Shown: piece after piece, positions 37,621-50,620 of the stretch
How positions within the stretch are numbered: the stretch's first letter is position 1
Layout of the letters: each line of letters begins with the position of its first letter
Source: Octopus sinensis
Taxonomy: Eukaryota
Assembly: GCF_006345805.1 (NCBI RefSeq)
Contig: NC_043010.1
Location: 25,482,001-25,546,000 of the forward strand
DNA length: 64,000 nucleotides
Direction of reading: 5' to 3'
The notes under the pieces: model-generated
What the model was told of the DNA's origin: nothing
Databases searched by the model: none
What the model saw: only the letters and a program-made list of their open reading frames with translations
Program-made: the position numbers and the translations under genes

Positions 37621-39126
37621 CTGGAAAAAAAAAAAGAAAAAAAAAAGAATTTAATTCCAAAAATTTTCCTGAAGTTATTTGACCAAAAATATTAGAAATT
37701 TCATTAGGTTACTTTTTAACCATATTAAAAGAAAATTGTTGAAGAATGCACCAAGGGATTCCAGATTCAACATATTTTTAAAGTTTCATTGCAAAGCAAT
37801 ATCTTAGTTTGTAAAGTAAATATCAATTCTAAGGATTTCAAAATGTATCTTCTTAAAAAAATGAGGTGAAAAAAAAATCTTAAACCATTTGTTACCATAT
37901 TTCTATTAAACTATTCTACCTCTGATTAAATTAATTATGAAAATAATGGAGAATTTAGTTAATACTATATTTCTGTTGAGATGCTCTGTATTTCTTGCAA
38001 TTATTTGAAATATAACAAAGAATTTAGTAAAATAACTTAGTTATCATTGAGCTAATGTTAGGAAAATAAATTGTGACTAAGGTTTGGCGGAAGATTTTAA
38101 TTCAAAACTTATGAAAAGCTAGAGCCGGTTTTTTGTTACTATATTTTTATCAAACTACACTGGCTTTGTTACAATTAATTCTGAAAATAATGAAGAATTT
38201 ACTAAGATAATTGTCATGATTAAGCTGGTGATTGTTTGGAACTTAATATAAAATTCTAATTCATATGACTTTAAAACAAGAAGTCAGAATCACAGCGCCA
38301 GTTTCAGGCAGGTTGGTCGCAAAAGTGTTATTAGATTTTTCTTTTTGAGGTTCAAGTGATGAGGTTGTCTTCAGTTATAACTGTTTTATAATAATTGATT
38401 TAACCCTTTCACAGTCATATTTCAAATGAAATGCAATGCGGAGACTGCGAAACAGTTAATTAAATAGCTAACTTTTATATTTATTTTTATATTAAACTAT
38501 ATTTCTGTCCAGTTATGTTTTGAACATGACCAAACAACATTATCCACCATCTTTCTAACAACTTTGGACACCTTTTTAAATTCACTATATTTCTGCCACT
38601 TATGGACATGCTTATGAAATCAAGTGAAAGTGTGTGTGGCTGAGTGGTTAGGGTGTTCAGCTCACAGTCGTAAGGTCATGAGTTCAATTCTCAGTGGCAC
38701 ACTGTGTCCCTGAGCAAGCCACTTTATTTCACATTGCTCCAGTCAACTCAGCCAGCAAAAAATGAGACACAACTGTAAAATCAAAGGGGCAGCTTTGTCA
38801 CATTCGGTGTCAAGGCAAATCTCCTTCAGAACTATGTGAAGGGTATGCACGTATGTGGTATACCCAACCGCTTGCACAGATATTATATGTAACTGAATGG
38901 TTACATGGAGCTGATTAATTACAAGTAATTAGTTTATATATTTTATATTGAAACCCTTCAAAATTATGAACACATTTCATGCTCCTCCTCACCACCAACA
39001 CCTTTACGGATTCTACCACCAACAACCACCACCAACACCTTTACGGATTCCTCAAGGTAGGACTGGAAGTACACAAGAGTAGTCTCAAATACAATGACAT
39101 TTCCATTTGAATATATAATCATAGTT

Positions 39127-39515
39127 GCAGGCATGGCCATGTGGTTGAGAAGATAGCTTTGCAGCCACATGGTTTTGGGTTCAGTCCCACTGTGCAGCAC
39201 CTTGGTCAAGTGTCTTTCACTATAGTCCCTGAGTTGACTAATGCCTTGTGAGTGAATTAGGTAGATGGAAACTGTGTAGAAGCCCAGCATATACATATAT
39301 GTGTGTGTGTATGTGTGTCTTTATGTGTGTGTTCGTTTGTGTTTGTACCCCACCATCACTTGACAACCAGTATTGGTTTGTTTACATCCCTGTAATTTTG
39401 TAGTTCAGTAAAAGAGACTCATAGAATAAGTCCTGGTGTTGATTTATTTGACTAATGCTCTTCAAGGCGGTGCTCCAGCATGGCCGCAGTCCAATGATTA
39501 AAGCAAGTAAAAGAT
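39127..39515 (+). mobile_element. SINE family A
   Basis: Same head, body and tail as 25703-26125. Confidence 0.8.
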
Positions 39516-39554
39516 GAAAAAAACAAAAGGTAAAATGCAAATATAATTATTTAC

Positions 39555-39664
39555 CGTAGCCATGAAATTCTCCATCCTTGAATTGGCCTTCATATTTCAT
39601 TCCGTCAACATTTACGAATACACCGTAACCATAAAATTTACCTTGCCAAAACTCTCCAGCATAC
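39555..39664 (-). CDS. MORN4: MORN4 coding exon 2 (YAGEFWQGKFYGYGVFVNVDGMKYEGQFKDGEFHGY)
   Basis: catgtag acceptor and gtaaat donor. Two MORN repeats (YxGxFxxGxxxGxG). Phase 2-1 fits both neighbours. Confidence 0.95.
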
Positions 39665-41130
39665 CTACATGGGACAGAAATGGAAAAGACTGCAATATTG
39701 TGAACCGACAAAGAAATCATATAAGAAGCAAAATGTAGCACATTATTTGGACCATGCCTATAGATTAAAATACTGACCTCTTGCCAGGCCACAAATATAG
39801 TAATCATCATTGTCGTCGTCATCACCATCCATTTTTCCGGGTCAGAAAGAATTTGGGGAATCTGATTTTCTAAGAGAAGATACCCTTCCTGTTTCTATGC
39901 AAGTAATATTTCCCTGTAGCTGGGCTTATTTTCACAAAATAGTGAAAACGAATCGTCCTAATGTGAGATGGTGGCACTCATTTATAACTATCACACAATG
40001 TCAAGACAAGCACATACACACACACAAAAGCATATATATATGTACACACACACACGAGTTGTCTAAGAGACCTTAAGTCAAGGAAAAGATACACTCATAT
40101 ATCTATCAGTAGAGTGGATATATTATCCATGTGTTCAACACTTTAACCACCAGACCACATGCCTTTATGTGCACATGCACACACACACACAGAGACACAC
40201 ACACACACACACAATGGCTTTCTTTCAGTTTTTGTTTGCCAAATCCACACATAAAATTTTGGTCAGCCTTTGGATTGAACCCAAAACCATGTGGTTGAGA
40301 ACTGAATTTCTTAACTACACAGCCACATCTGCATCTATACGTGGCTTTGTTGACCTGGGGCTATAACTGAAGGCATTTACCCAAGTCACCACACTGTAGG
40401 ACTGAATCCCAAAACCACGTGACTGAGGAGGATGGAGAAATTTTTTTATATAGTCATAAGTGCAGGTACCACTGAGTTTTGCAGAGCTTCTAAAAGAGAG
40501 GAAAAAACCATTTAATGCAGTAAGGAAGCAGTTTGTCAAAGTATCAACTTATTTCTTAGTCCAGAAGCTTCCTGGTCTGATTGCTTGTGACAGAAAGAAC
40601 TCTAGTAAAGGCACCAAACAACCTTGGATTAGTGCTAAATCAGGTGACAAATTAGGTCTACACTGCCTCAACCCGGAGGTAAAACAGGAAAAATAAATAC
40701 AGCATATTTACTGAAACAATTTTCCTTATTTGGTGAGAGTAAATAAAGAAAAACTGATTAGCTTTATGCTTGTATACTGGGGCTGTCAATTTCAGCATCT
40801 CTTTGATGGTGAAAATATCAACTGCAATTTTTGAAATTATATATAAATATTTAAGTATATATATGTATGTGTGTGTGTGTGTGTGTGTGTGCGTGCGCAC
40901 ACACATCTATCTATTCAGCAGTGTTAACACCAAGCAGTGTTTAGGTGTAAGTAAATGTTAAGTTAGTTAAAATATGTTTGTGACATAATTTCAACTTTTA
41001 AAAGCAAACTTATTGCAGTTACTGTAGAAAAAACATTCTTTCTAGTGGTAAAAGCTGTGTCCTTATAAATATATACATATGTGTATATAAATATATATTG
41101 TTGTCTTCATTTTCTTTCTTTTTCTTTTTC

Positions 41131-41409
41131 TTTTTTTTGCCAAATAAACACATGCACTATGTTTTATTTCTTCACTCGTTTATTACTGTTCTTATTTTAT
41201 TATGTTAACTTATGTCCATCGTTTGGAAATCTTTCGTCACACAAGATCAGAAAGTGGAGCAAGAACACACACGAAAATGAAAAGTGTCACTGAAGAGGTC
41301 ACAGATGAGTGATGAAAGATCTCCGGACAATGGACATGAGTTAAAATAAGGACAGTAACAAACAAGTGAAGAGAGAAAAATATAGTGTGTGTTTATTTGG
41401 CAAAAAAAA
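41131..41409. repeat. Decayed fold-back (arms 41131-41240 and 41309-41409) with a hammerhead-like core
   Basis: TTTTGCCAAATAAACACA... pairs with ...TGTGTTTATTTGGCAAAA. CTGAAGA-gGTCAC..GTGAT-GAAA-GATC-TC at 41290-41323. Confidence 0.78.
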
Positions 41410-41519
41410 TAAATAAATAAATAAATAAATGAATAAAATAAAATAACCATCCTGTAATACAACAATATCTGTTTCAACACACAATTTCACATCAAGAATC
41501 TTGCAAAACGAATTGATGA

Positions 41520-41557
<38 letters not shown>

Positions 41558-41894
41558 TTTAGATATAGATAGAGTGTTAGATAATGATTCAAGGTTATAT
41601 AATTAGATTGATATAATTAGATTGATACGATGATGGGATAGTTGTAAATGAGTGTCACCATCATACAAGCAGCTTCCCTTGTTTTCAGTCTTCCATGGAA
41701 ACACATCCAGCCACAAGGAAATATCATCTTACTTTGAAATTGGTAAGGGTTGGCAACAGCAAGGGTATCCAGCTGTAGAAAATTTACCTTAACAAATTCC
41801 ACCTGACCCATGCTAGTAAGGAAAAGGGGACATTAAATGATGATGATGATGGTGGTGGTGATGATATGTATATGCTGAACATTATATATACAAG

Positions 41895-44874
41895 GGCTGA
41901 ATGAGCTGAATGGATGCCCAGAAGAAGACCAACCTGGAGGAGAAGGGTCTGGAAACTTAAAGATCCTGCAAATGGGCAGAGATTTAGAAACGTATTACTC
42001 GAAACCTTTGATGAAATAGAAGGGGATATAACATCACATAATGTGGAAGACAACTGGAGGTTTCTATGGGACAACCTGCTGAGAGCCACTGACCAGATCT
42101 GTGGCTGGTGCAAAGTCCCCACTCGACCCAAGGTAATGTGGTGGTGGAACAATGTGGTTGACAGGGCTATTAAACAAAAGAAACAGGCTTGGAAGGACTG
42201 GAAGAACGGAGGTAGCAGGGAAGTGTATCAGACTGCCAGAAGGGAAGCAAGGAGACAGGTTTATTTAGCCAGAGGGGAAGCAGATAAGAAAAAATTAGCC
42301 AATATTTTGCGCCGTGAGGACCAAAGACTTGAGATATTTCGTGTTGCAAGACAGTGTGTGAGAGAGAATCATGAGGTGGTAGGAGAGAAATGTGTTCGCA
42401 TGGATGATGGTTCACTTGCGCTAAATGAGGATGCAAAGAGAGAGGTTTGGAGACGCCACTATGAAAGATTGCTGAATAAAGAAAATGAATGGGATAAAGA
42501 GAGTCTGCCAAATGTCAGCCCAACAGAGGGACCAACTATCCGAGTTGACAGTTCCTTGGTAGTTAAGGCAAATAGAAGCATGAAGACAGGGAAAGCCCAG
42601 GCCCATCAGGAATTACTGCTGAGATGCTCAAAATATCTGGCAGTGTTGGCTATAGCCTAGTCACCGGTATGGTTAACCAGGTGATACACGAAGGAGTCAT
42701 ACCCAATGTAGCTACAAAGGTAAAGGTGACGCCCTAGATACAAATAATTACAGAGGCATCAAGCTGTTGGATCAGGTAATGAAGGTTATGGAGAGGGTCA
42801 TAGCCCAACTGATTAGGGAGAGAGTCAACTTGGATGAGATGCAGTTTGGTTTTGTGCCAGGGAAAAGCATCACTGATGTCATATTTCTGGTGAGACAGCT
42901 GCAGGAGAAATACCTGGCCAAAGATAAGACCCTGTACCTGGCTTTCGTTGACATGGAGAAAGCCTTCGACAGGGTCCCCCGATCCCTTATCTAGTGGTCA
43001 ATGAGGAAACTAGGGATGGATGAATGGCTGATGAGAGCTGTGCAAGCCATGTACAGGGACGCTGTAAGTAAGGTAAGGGTTGGCAACATGTACACTGAAG
43101 AATTCAAGGTAGAGGTTGGGGTTCACCAGGGTTCAGTCCTCAGCCCCCTCCAGGCAATTACGGAGGAATTCAAGACAGGATGCCCCTGGGAGCTCCTCTA
43201 TGCTGACGACCTTGCTCTAATTGCTGAGTCACTATCAGAACTGGAGGAGAAGTTTGAGGTGTGGAAGGAAGGGTTAGAATCGAAGGGCCTTAGAGTCAAC
43301 CTAGCTAAAACCAAAGTCCTAATAAGTAGGAAGGCAGACAAAGCACAAACGCCTTCAAGTAGATGGCCCTGCTCGATCTGTAGAAAAGGCATAGGTAGAA
43401 ACTCTATAAGATGTACCTAGTGTAAGCTATGGACACATAAGAGGTGCAGCAATGTCAAAGGAAGGCTAACTAGGAAGATAGTTTTTGTATGTGGCAGATG
43501 CTCAGGAGCAATAAACACTGAAAATCTGCAGAAAACAACTTCCGTCACTTTCCAGGGGGAAAAACTAGAAGTAGTTGATAGCTACCATTATCTAGGTGAC
43601 CAAGTCAGTAGCGGGGGTGGGTGTGCTGAAAGTGTAACTGCTAGAGTAAGAATAGCCTGGGCAAAGTTCAGGGAGCTCTTACCTCTGCTGGTGACTAAAG
43701 ACCTCTCGCTCAGAGTAAAAGGTAGACTGTATGATGCATGTGTACGAACAGCCATGCTACATGGCAGTGAAACATGGGCCGTGACTGCTGAGGACATGCG
43801 TAAGCTCACGAGGAATGAAGCCAGTATGCTCCGATGGATGTGTAATGACAGTGTACATACTCGACAGAGTGTAAGTACCTTGAGAGAAATGTTGGACCTA
43901 AGAAGCAGCAGCTGTGGTGTGCAAGAGAGACGATTGCACTGGTATGGTCATGTGGTGAGAATGGATGAAGATAGTTGTGTGAAAAAGTGCCAATTCCTAG
44001 CAGTTGAGGGAACCCGTGGAAGAGGTAGACCCAGGAAAACCTGGGACGAGGTGGTGAAGCACGACCTTCGAACTTTAAGCCTCACCGAGGCAATGACTAG
44101 TGACCGAGACCTTTGGAAATATGCTGTGCGTGAGAAGACCCGGCAGGACAAGTGAGTCCATCCCAGCCAACCCACTTATGTATGCCTTTCCTCCCTTGGA
44201 CACATGAAGACCTGTTGAGACAAGCGAAGTCGAAATCGAACCTCATCCGACAACAGGCACCCATGCCAACCTCCCTTCATTGGACACTAAACTCTGCTTG
44301 CGAAGACCTGTTGGGGCAAGTCAAATTGGAATCGAAATTGAACCAATCCTATGACTGGCACCCGGCAGTTGCCAGGGCCGCTGAACTGACTCATGTGAAG
44401 GTGGCATTTAAAGAAACACCGCTTGAGGAGATCCATTGAGTCAAGTACACCAACATCAAAAATCAATGGAAACTGCAGTTGTGATCCCTGTGCCGGTGGC
44501 ATGTAAAAAGCACCATCCGAACGTGGCCGATGCCAGCACCGCCTAGTCTGGCTTTCATGCCGGTGGCACGTGAAAAGCACCATCCAAATGTGGCCGATGC
44601 CAGTGCCGCCTTGACTGGCTACCGTGCTGGTGGCACGTAAAAAGCACCAACCCGACTGTGGCCGTTGCCAGCCTTGCCTGGCACCTGTGCTGGCGGCACG
44701 TAAAAAGCACCCACTACACTCACGGAGTGGTTGGTGTTAGGAAGGGCATCCAGCTGTAAAAACACTGCCAGATCAGACTGGAGCCTGGTACAGCCTCCTG
44801 GCTTGCCAGATCCCCAGGCAAACCGTCCAACCCATGCTAGCATGGAGAACGGATGTTAAACGATGATGATGATG
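41895..44874 (+). mobile_element. RTE-clade LINE, 5'-truncated, decayed (copy 2, inside a MORN4 intron)
   Basis: ORFs 41914-42660, 42767-42994, 43001-43420 and 43691-44155 match copy 1 (LLYADD, LHGSETW, LHWYGHV, GRGRPRKTW). (GAT)n tail. Candidate TSD ATACAAG at 41888-94 and 44875-81. Confidence 0.93.
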
Positions 44875-45246
44875 ATACAAGTGTTAAATTAAATATATTC
44901 TAACCAGATAAATCTGAGGCATGTAATCACAAAGTGTTCAATAAATAATTAGCAATTAACTGTAAGTCAGAATATTCAGAGCTGTAACAATTAGTGGACA
45001 TGATAACAAGACAATGGAATGAAACAACTCAGAAAAATCTCATAAAACTAATATATGTAAAATACCTATTTGTGTTTGTACCAAAAAATTGTAAATTCTT
45101 GTCAATGAACATTCTTCTCTGTTCTGTTTCTTTGAAGTAAAATAAAATTTTTATTTGTCGATGAACAAAAAAAATACAATGGAAGAAACACCATTCTATC
45201 TCAACATAATATAACAGAAAAATTAAACTTTGGCAAGTTTACTTAC

Positions 45247-45422
45247 GAAGCGCCATCTGGAAAGTTAATGCTGCCTTTGCCAGTGAACAATCCACTCTCA
45301 AATGATCCTTTGTAAGTTGTTTTGTCACCGAAAATAATGGAACCAATTCCCATCCGAAGTCCACGGTCATCAAACATGCCATTGTAAACAGTACCATCTG
45401 GGTATTTGAATTCTATTGCCAT
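45247..45422 (-). CDS. MORN4: MORN4 first coding exon (MAIEFKYPDGTVYNGMFDDRGLRMGIGSIIFGDKTTYKGSFESGLFTGKGSINFPDGAS)
   Basis: Acceptor ttctttctag just upstream (exon starts at 45442), ATG at 45422, gtaagt donor. 176+110+149 = 435 nt, i.e. 144 aa plus stop, with four MORN repeats. Not in the ORF track. Confidence 0.93.
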
Positions 45423-45784
45423 ATTGCTTGCTTATAATCTTACTAGAAAGAAAATAAAAGAGCAGAATAAGATTTCTTGTATGTAGATATCTAGGACATT
45501 AAAATATATCTGAAAGAAATAGTGAGAAAACATTGAATAAATATTCATAACCAGCTTAGATAAATATCAGTTATTGAAGATGGTTCACATATCAGGCTCG
45601 GAATATTATATTTTGACATACTATCTTTTTTTTATTTTTAACTTTGCAAGGTCTAACTAAAGTTAGTAGGAAGAATTGAAGAAAACTGTTGCTATTTTGT
45701 TCAAGGTCAGCCCTGATTCGCCCAACCCATTTTTTTTGGGTTTCATGAATAATATGTCTTAACAACCATATTTGAAATGAGATA

Positions 45785-46060
45785 ATTCAAGAAAAGAACA
45801 GAGCAAATGATGTGATTACAGAGTACCAAAAACACAAATTCCACTGGGCCAGACATGTCACAAGGTCTATAGACAACAGATGAACTTCTGCAGTTGCCAA
45901 GTGGTATCCAAAAGATGAGAAGAGGCCCCTGGGAAGGTCTCTACAATGATGGGAAAACAACTTAGTCAAGCAATTTGGGTCAAAATGCACAATCAAGACA
46001 GAGTTGGAAGTGTATTATGACCAGTGAGGCATAACAACATCTGATGGTCTGGTTGACACT
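45785..46060 (+). mobile_element. Old RTE-like LINE 3' fragment (different family)
   Basis: KFHWARHVTRSIDNR*TSAVAKWYPKDEKRPLGRSLQ*W resembles the RTE C-terminal W.GH...W.P....RP.GR...W motif. Confidence 0.6.
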
Positions 46061-46204
46061 GTAATACTTTGATAATACTTCTAATCAATACCATCATTAG
46101 ATATGTGATGCAGCCATAGAAAAGGATGGAGACCGCCTGTAAAAATCATACTGTCATTGGAACTCTGAAATATTTATCCTCGTGCAATGATGTATTACAC
46201 TTTT

Positions 46205-46419
46205 CTCTTTTACTTGTTTCAGTCATTTGACTGCGGCCATCCTGGAGCACCACCTTTAGTCAAGCAAATCGACCCCAGGACTTATTCTTTGTAAGTCTAG
46301 TACTTATTCTATCGGACTCTTTTGCCGAACCACTAAGTTACGGGGATGTAAACACACCAGCAATGGTTGTCAAGTGATGTTGTGGGGATAAACACAGACA
46401 CACAAACATATACACACAC

Positions 46420-46500
<81 letters not shown>

Positions 46501-46644
46501 CGACAGGCTTCTTTCAGTTTTCGTCTACCAAATCCACTCTCAAGGCTTTGGTCGGCCTGCGGCTATAGTAGAAGACACTTGTCTAAGGTGCCACGCAGTG
46601 GGACTAAACCCAGAACCACATGGTTGGTAAGCAAGCTACTTACC
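46205..46644 (-). mobile_element. SINE family A
   Basis: Reverse complement of the family A sequence. Confidence 0.85.
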
Positions 46645-46910
46645 CTTGTGCCTATTATTATTATTATGTATAAAAAAAAAAACAGATGACCCTCCACACA
46701 AAAAAAAACCCTCTAATATTTTGTTTATTACTATTTATTAATGATCATGGATGCCATACCAAAGGAGTAACATAAAAAACAAGAAGATTGATGGATGTGA
46801 TGTTGCAGGAGTAACATAAGAGAGATAGATGAGTGTAACAGTATGGGAGTGACAGGACAATAAATGGATGGGATTCTATAGGAATGACATATTGGAAATA
46901 TATCTCCAGG

Positions 46911-47069
46911 CACTGGAGTGGCTGTGTGGTACAAACAATCTTACCAACCACATGGTTCTGGGTTCAGTCCCACTGCATAGCACCCTGGGCAAGTGTCTTC
47001 TACTATAATTTCAGGCCAACCAAAGCCTTGTGAGTGGATTTGGTAGACGGAAACTGAAAGAAACCTGTC

Positions 47070-47107
<38 letters not shown>

Positions 47108-47335
47108 TATACACATGTATATGTGTGTATATGTTTGTGTGTCTGTGTTTGTCCCCCCAACATCGCTTGACAGCCAATGTTGGTGTATTTATGTACCTGT
47201 AACTTAGCAGTTCGGCAAAAGAGACTGATAGAATAATTACTAGGCTTACAAAAATAATCGCTGGGATTGATTTGCTCGACTAAAGGCAGGGCTCCAGTAT
47301 GGCCACAGTCAAATGACTGAAACAAGCAAAAGAGT
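46911..47335 (+). mobile_element. SINE family A
   Basis: Full head to tail copy, inverted relative to 46205-46644. Confidence 0.85.
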
Positions 47336-47502
47336 AATTACACTTAGATAAGTGTGATACTATTAGAGTGAGATGAGGAAAATAGAATGTTTCCCCATAG
47401 CCTAACATGTTTTTCATGGAAGACTGGAAATAAATGCCAGCGCTAGTATGGCAGTGATGTTTGTTTACTGCCATCATGTAATGTTAGGACAAGGCTACAC
47501 AG

Positions 47503-47588
<86 letters not shown>

Positions 47589-48382
47589 AGCAGGCATCTT
47601 TAAGTGTCCACCTCCCAAACTGAATCACAGGACTTTGGTTGGTTTGAGAATAAAGTAGAAGACACTTGTCTAAGCTAATGTACAGAGGCTTGGTGCTTAG
47701 GTAATCAGCTCACAATTGTAAGACCATGAGTTCAATTCCTGGTAGCACACTGTGTCCTTGAGCAACACACTTTGTTCTTCATTGCCTCGGTCCACTCAGT
47801 CAGTAAAAATGAATACTATTTGTGTTTTCAAATTTTGTGTCATGCTGAATCTCACTGAGAACTATGTTAAGGCTATGCATGTCTGTGGAGTACTCAGCCA
47901 CATGTGTGTTAATTACATAAGAAGGCTATTCCATTGATCAGATCAATTGTCATTATTGTAACTGATGGAGAACCAGACAAAGGGACTGAATCCCAAGACC
48001 AAGTAGTTGGGAAGTAAACCTTTCAATTATTTTGAGACCCCTACAGAGTGTGAGACCCTAAGTTATACTGGAGTTTATTTAGTTTATGCCGAGACCAGGC
48101 TCCACATCTGTGCTAGAATCAGGCACAACTATATTCATTTCTGGTAGTAATACCATCAAGCTTTAAAAGAGAAAAGCAGTAAAGTTCCTTTGCACATTAT
48201 ATAGACTTATACGGTTAGTTTCTTGATTTCTATGGCATATATATATATTTCGCATCTGGATGGGATGCTGGTCCATACCAGAATTACTCCTCTTTCCCAG
48301 CTGAGTGGACTGGAGCAGTATGAAATGAAGTGTGTGTTTTGTTTGTCACCTGGTCCAGGAATCGAAACCACAATCTTACAAA

Positions 48383-48550
48383 CAACATTACACCTGATTT
48401 TCTCCCCTCCATACACACGCAAGCATGTATCTGACTCATACACTGTTCACTTTCCAGACATTTGTACATTACTGCATATGCTTTATACACACTTTTCACA
48501 AGTTGAGGTGCACCTGAGCACTGTATACAATAATTCCATTATTATTATTC
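48383..48550 (+). mobile_element. CR1 3' UTR fragment inserted in the head of a minus-strand family B-like SINE
   Basis: Matches 28499-28665. The SINE B-box side ends at about 48379 and the A-box side resumes at about 48567. Confidence 0.8.
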
Positions 48551-49215
48551 TTTTTTTTTTCATTTTAACACCCTAACCACTAAGCCACACGCCTCTACCC
48601 TCATGCTTTACTCAGTTCTTATTTCATAAAACATTAATCCGCTAGCATCCTCTTTCTGTGGATGCTATTCTAAAAGACATTGACTAAGATTAATAATGGT
48701 TTAAGTTGAATGTTAAACATATTAATCTCACCTTTCTGGAAACTAAAAATATATAGATAAGTCGATTAATTCCATTCAGGTCATGATTGATTGCAGTTAG
48801 GTCTTGTGAGGGAAAAGCAGAGGAACTACACCTCAACACTTTATTGCAATTTTGTTTCGTTTTCCTGAAAGAAATATATCTTTTATCGTTTACTTGTTTC
48901 AACCATTAGACTGTGTCCATACTGGAGCACTGGCGCGAAAAATTTTTGGTTGGACCAATCGACTCCAGTACTCTTTTATTTTTAAAGCTGCTACTTATTC
49001 TACTAGTCTCATTTGCTGGACCAAGTTATAGAGACATAAATGAACCAATACCTGTTGTCAAGTGGTGGTAGTGATGATGGTGGGGAAACAAACACAGACA
49101 CACACATAGATATAACTCTGTGTTATATAAATATATATATGTGTGTATGTGTGTATGTGTATACACACATACACGCACATGCACACACACAGGGGTAGAG
49201 AAAGAGAGACAAGTA

Positions 49216-49261
<46 letters not shown>

Positions 49262-50389
49262 GTTGAAACTAAATATGGCCTAATCTTAACCTGTCACACT
49301 AGGAGTGGTCATTAATAGGAGATATTGAACCTGGTTGCTGTTTCATTATCAGGTTATTGATAGGTTTTGGTCGGTTGGCTGGTCAGTCGGTTGGTTGAGT
49401 AGTTGCTATCATGTCATCTGTACATTTACGACTGCTGACCTGCACCACTCAGAACGAACACAACGCCCACACACACACACATGTGCGTGTGCATTCATGC
49501 ATAGTAATAGTTTTTTGGTTTATTTGAAAACAAGAAACGTGGAAGTGAAGTCTTAATAAGCATATAGGTGTGGCTGTGTGGTTAAGAAGTTTGTGTCTCA
49601 ACCACATGGTCCTGGGTTCATTTCCATTGCAGGGTACTTTGGCTAAGAGTCTTCAATTGTAGCCCCAGGCTATAGACATATCACATTTGGAATGGTCATT
49701 AATAAAAAAAACTAGCACTCTGTCAGTCACAACAACAAGGATCCCAATTGATCCAATCAATAGAAGAGCCTTCTCATGAAATTAACATGCAAGTGGCTGA
49801 GTACTCCACAGCCACGCATACCCTTAATGTAGTTCTCAGGGAGATTCAGCGTGACACAAAGTGTGACAAGGCTGGCCCCCTTTGAAATACAGGTACCACT
49901 CATTTTTGCTAACTGTGTGGACTGGAGTAACATGAAATGAAGTGCCTTGCTCAAGGACATAATGTGTCGCTGAGAATGGAACTCGCAATCTTATGGTTGT
50001 GAGATGAATGCCCTAACCACTAAGCTACATGCCTTCACTGGGGCTGTTCATTAAAAGGGGATTATTCAGTCATATTGCTGGTTCTGAAACTGAAAAAAGC
50101 CTGTTGTATATACATGTGTGAGTGTGTGTGTGTGTGTGTATGTGCACGCTCAGGTATATTTATGCGTATACGTTTGCAGTCATGTATGCTTGTCAAGAGC
50201 AGGACTCATTAGCCACCAACAGACCCGCAAATGAAAACAATAAGTTAGTCCTAGAGCTCACAATGTTCCTGACACTCAGCAATGGTCTTCCTCGGTCACG
50301 AGTGGATGGCCATCATCATCATCATATATATATATATATATATATATATTAGTGCAGGCATGGCTGTGTTAAGAAGCTTGCTTCCCAAC

Positions 50390-50620
50390 ATCATGGCCTA
50401 GAGCAGCGGACTCGCGGTCGAGGGATCACGGGTTCGAATCTCAGACCAGACGATGTGTGTGTTTATGAGCTGACTCTTTCGCCACAACTTTCTCTCACTC
50501 TTTCCTCCTGCATCTTGCAGCTCACCTGCGATGGACCGGCGTCCCGTCCAGGTGGGGAACCTATACGCCAAGAAACCGGGAAACTGACCAGGCATGGCTT
50601 GAGAAGGAACAAAAAAAAGC
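50390..50620 (+). mobile_element. tRNA-derived SINE, family D, inserted in the head of a family A SINE
   Basis: TGGCCTAGAGCAGCGGACTCGCGGTCGAGGGATCACGGGTTCGAATCTC (clear B box) with an A-rich tail. The host SINE reads ..GCTTCCCAAC before it and AACATGGTTCCCGGTTCAGTC after it. Confidence 0.78.

Noticed and set aside
40565-40678. Plus-strand exon-like segment with ag...gt boundaries
   Set aside because: Adjacent sequence resembles the repeat at 54290-54490 in reverse and there is no recognisable protein, so it is probably an old repeat.
50393-50447. Possible tRNA gene
   Set aside because: The A box is deleted, the acceptor stem is incomplete, and it continues into a SINE body and A-rich tail, so it is a SINE head.
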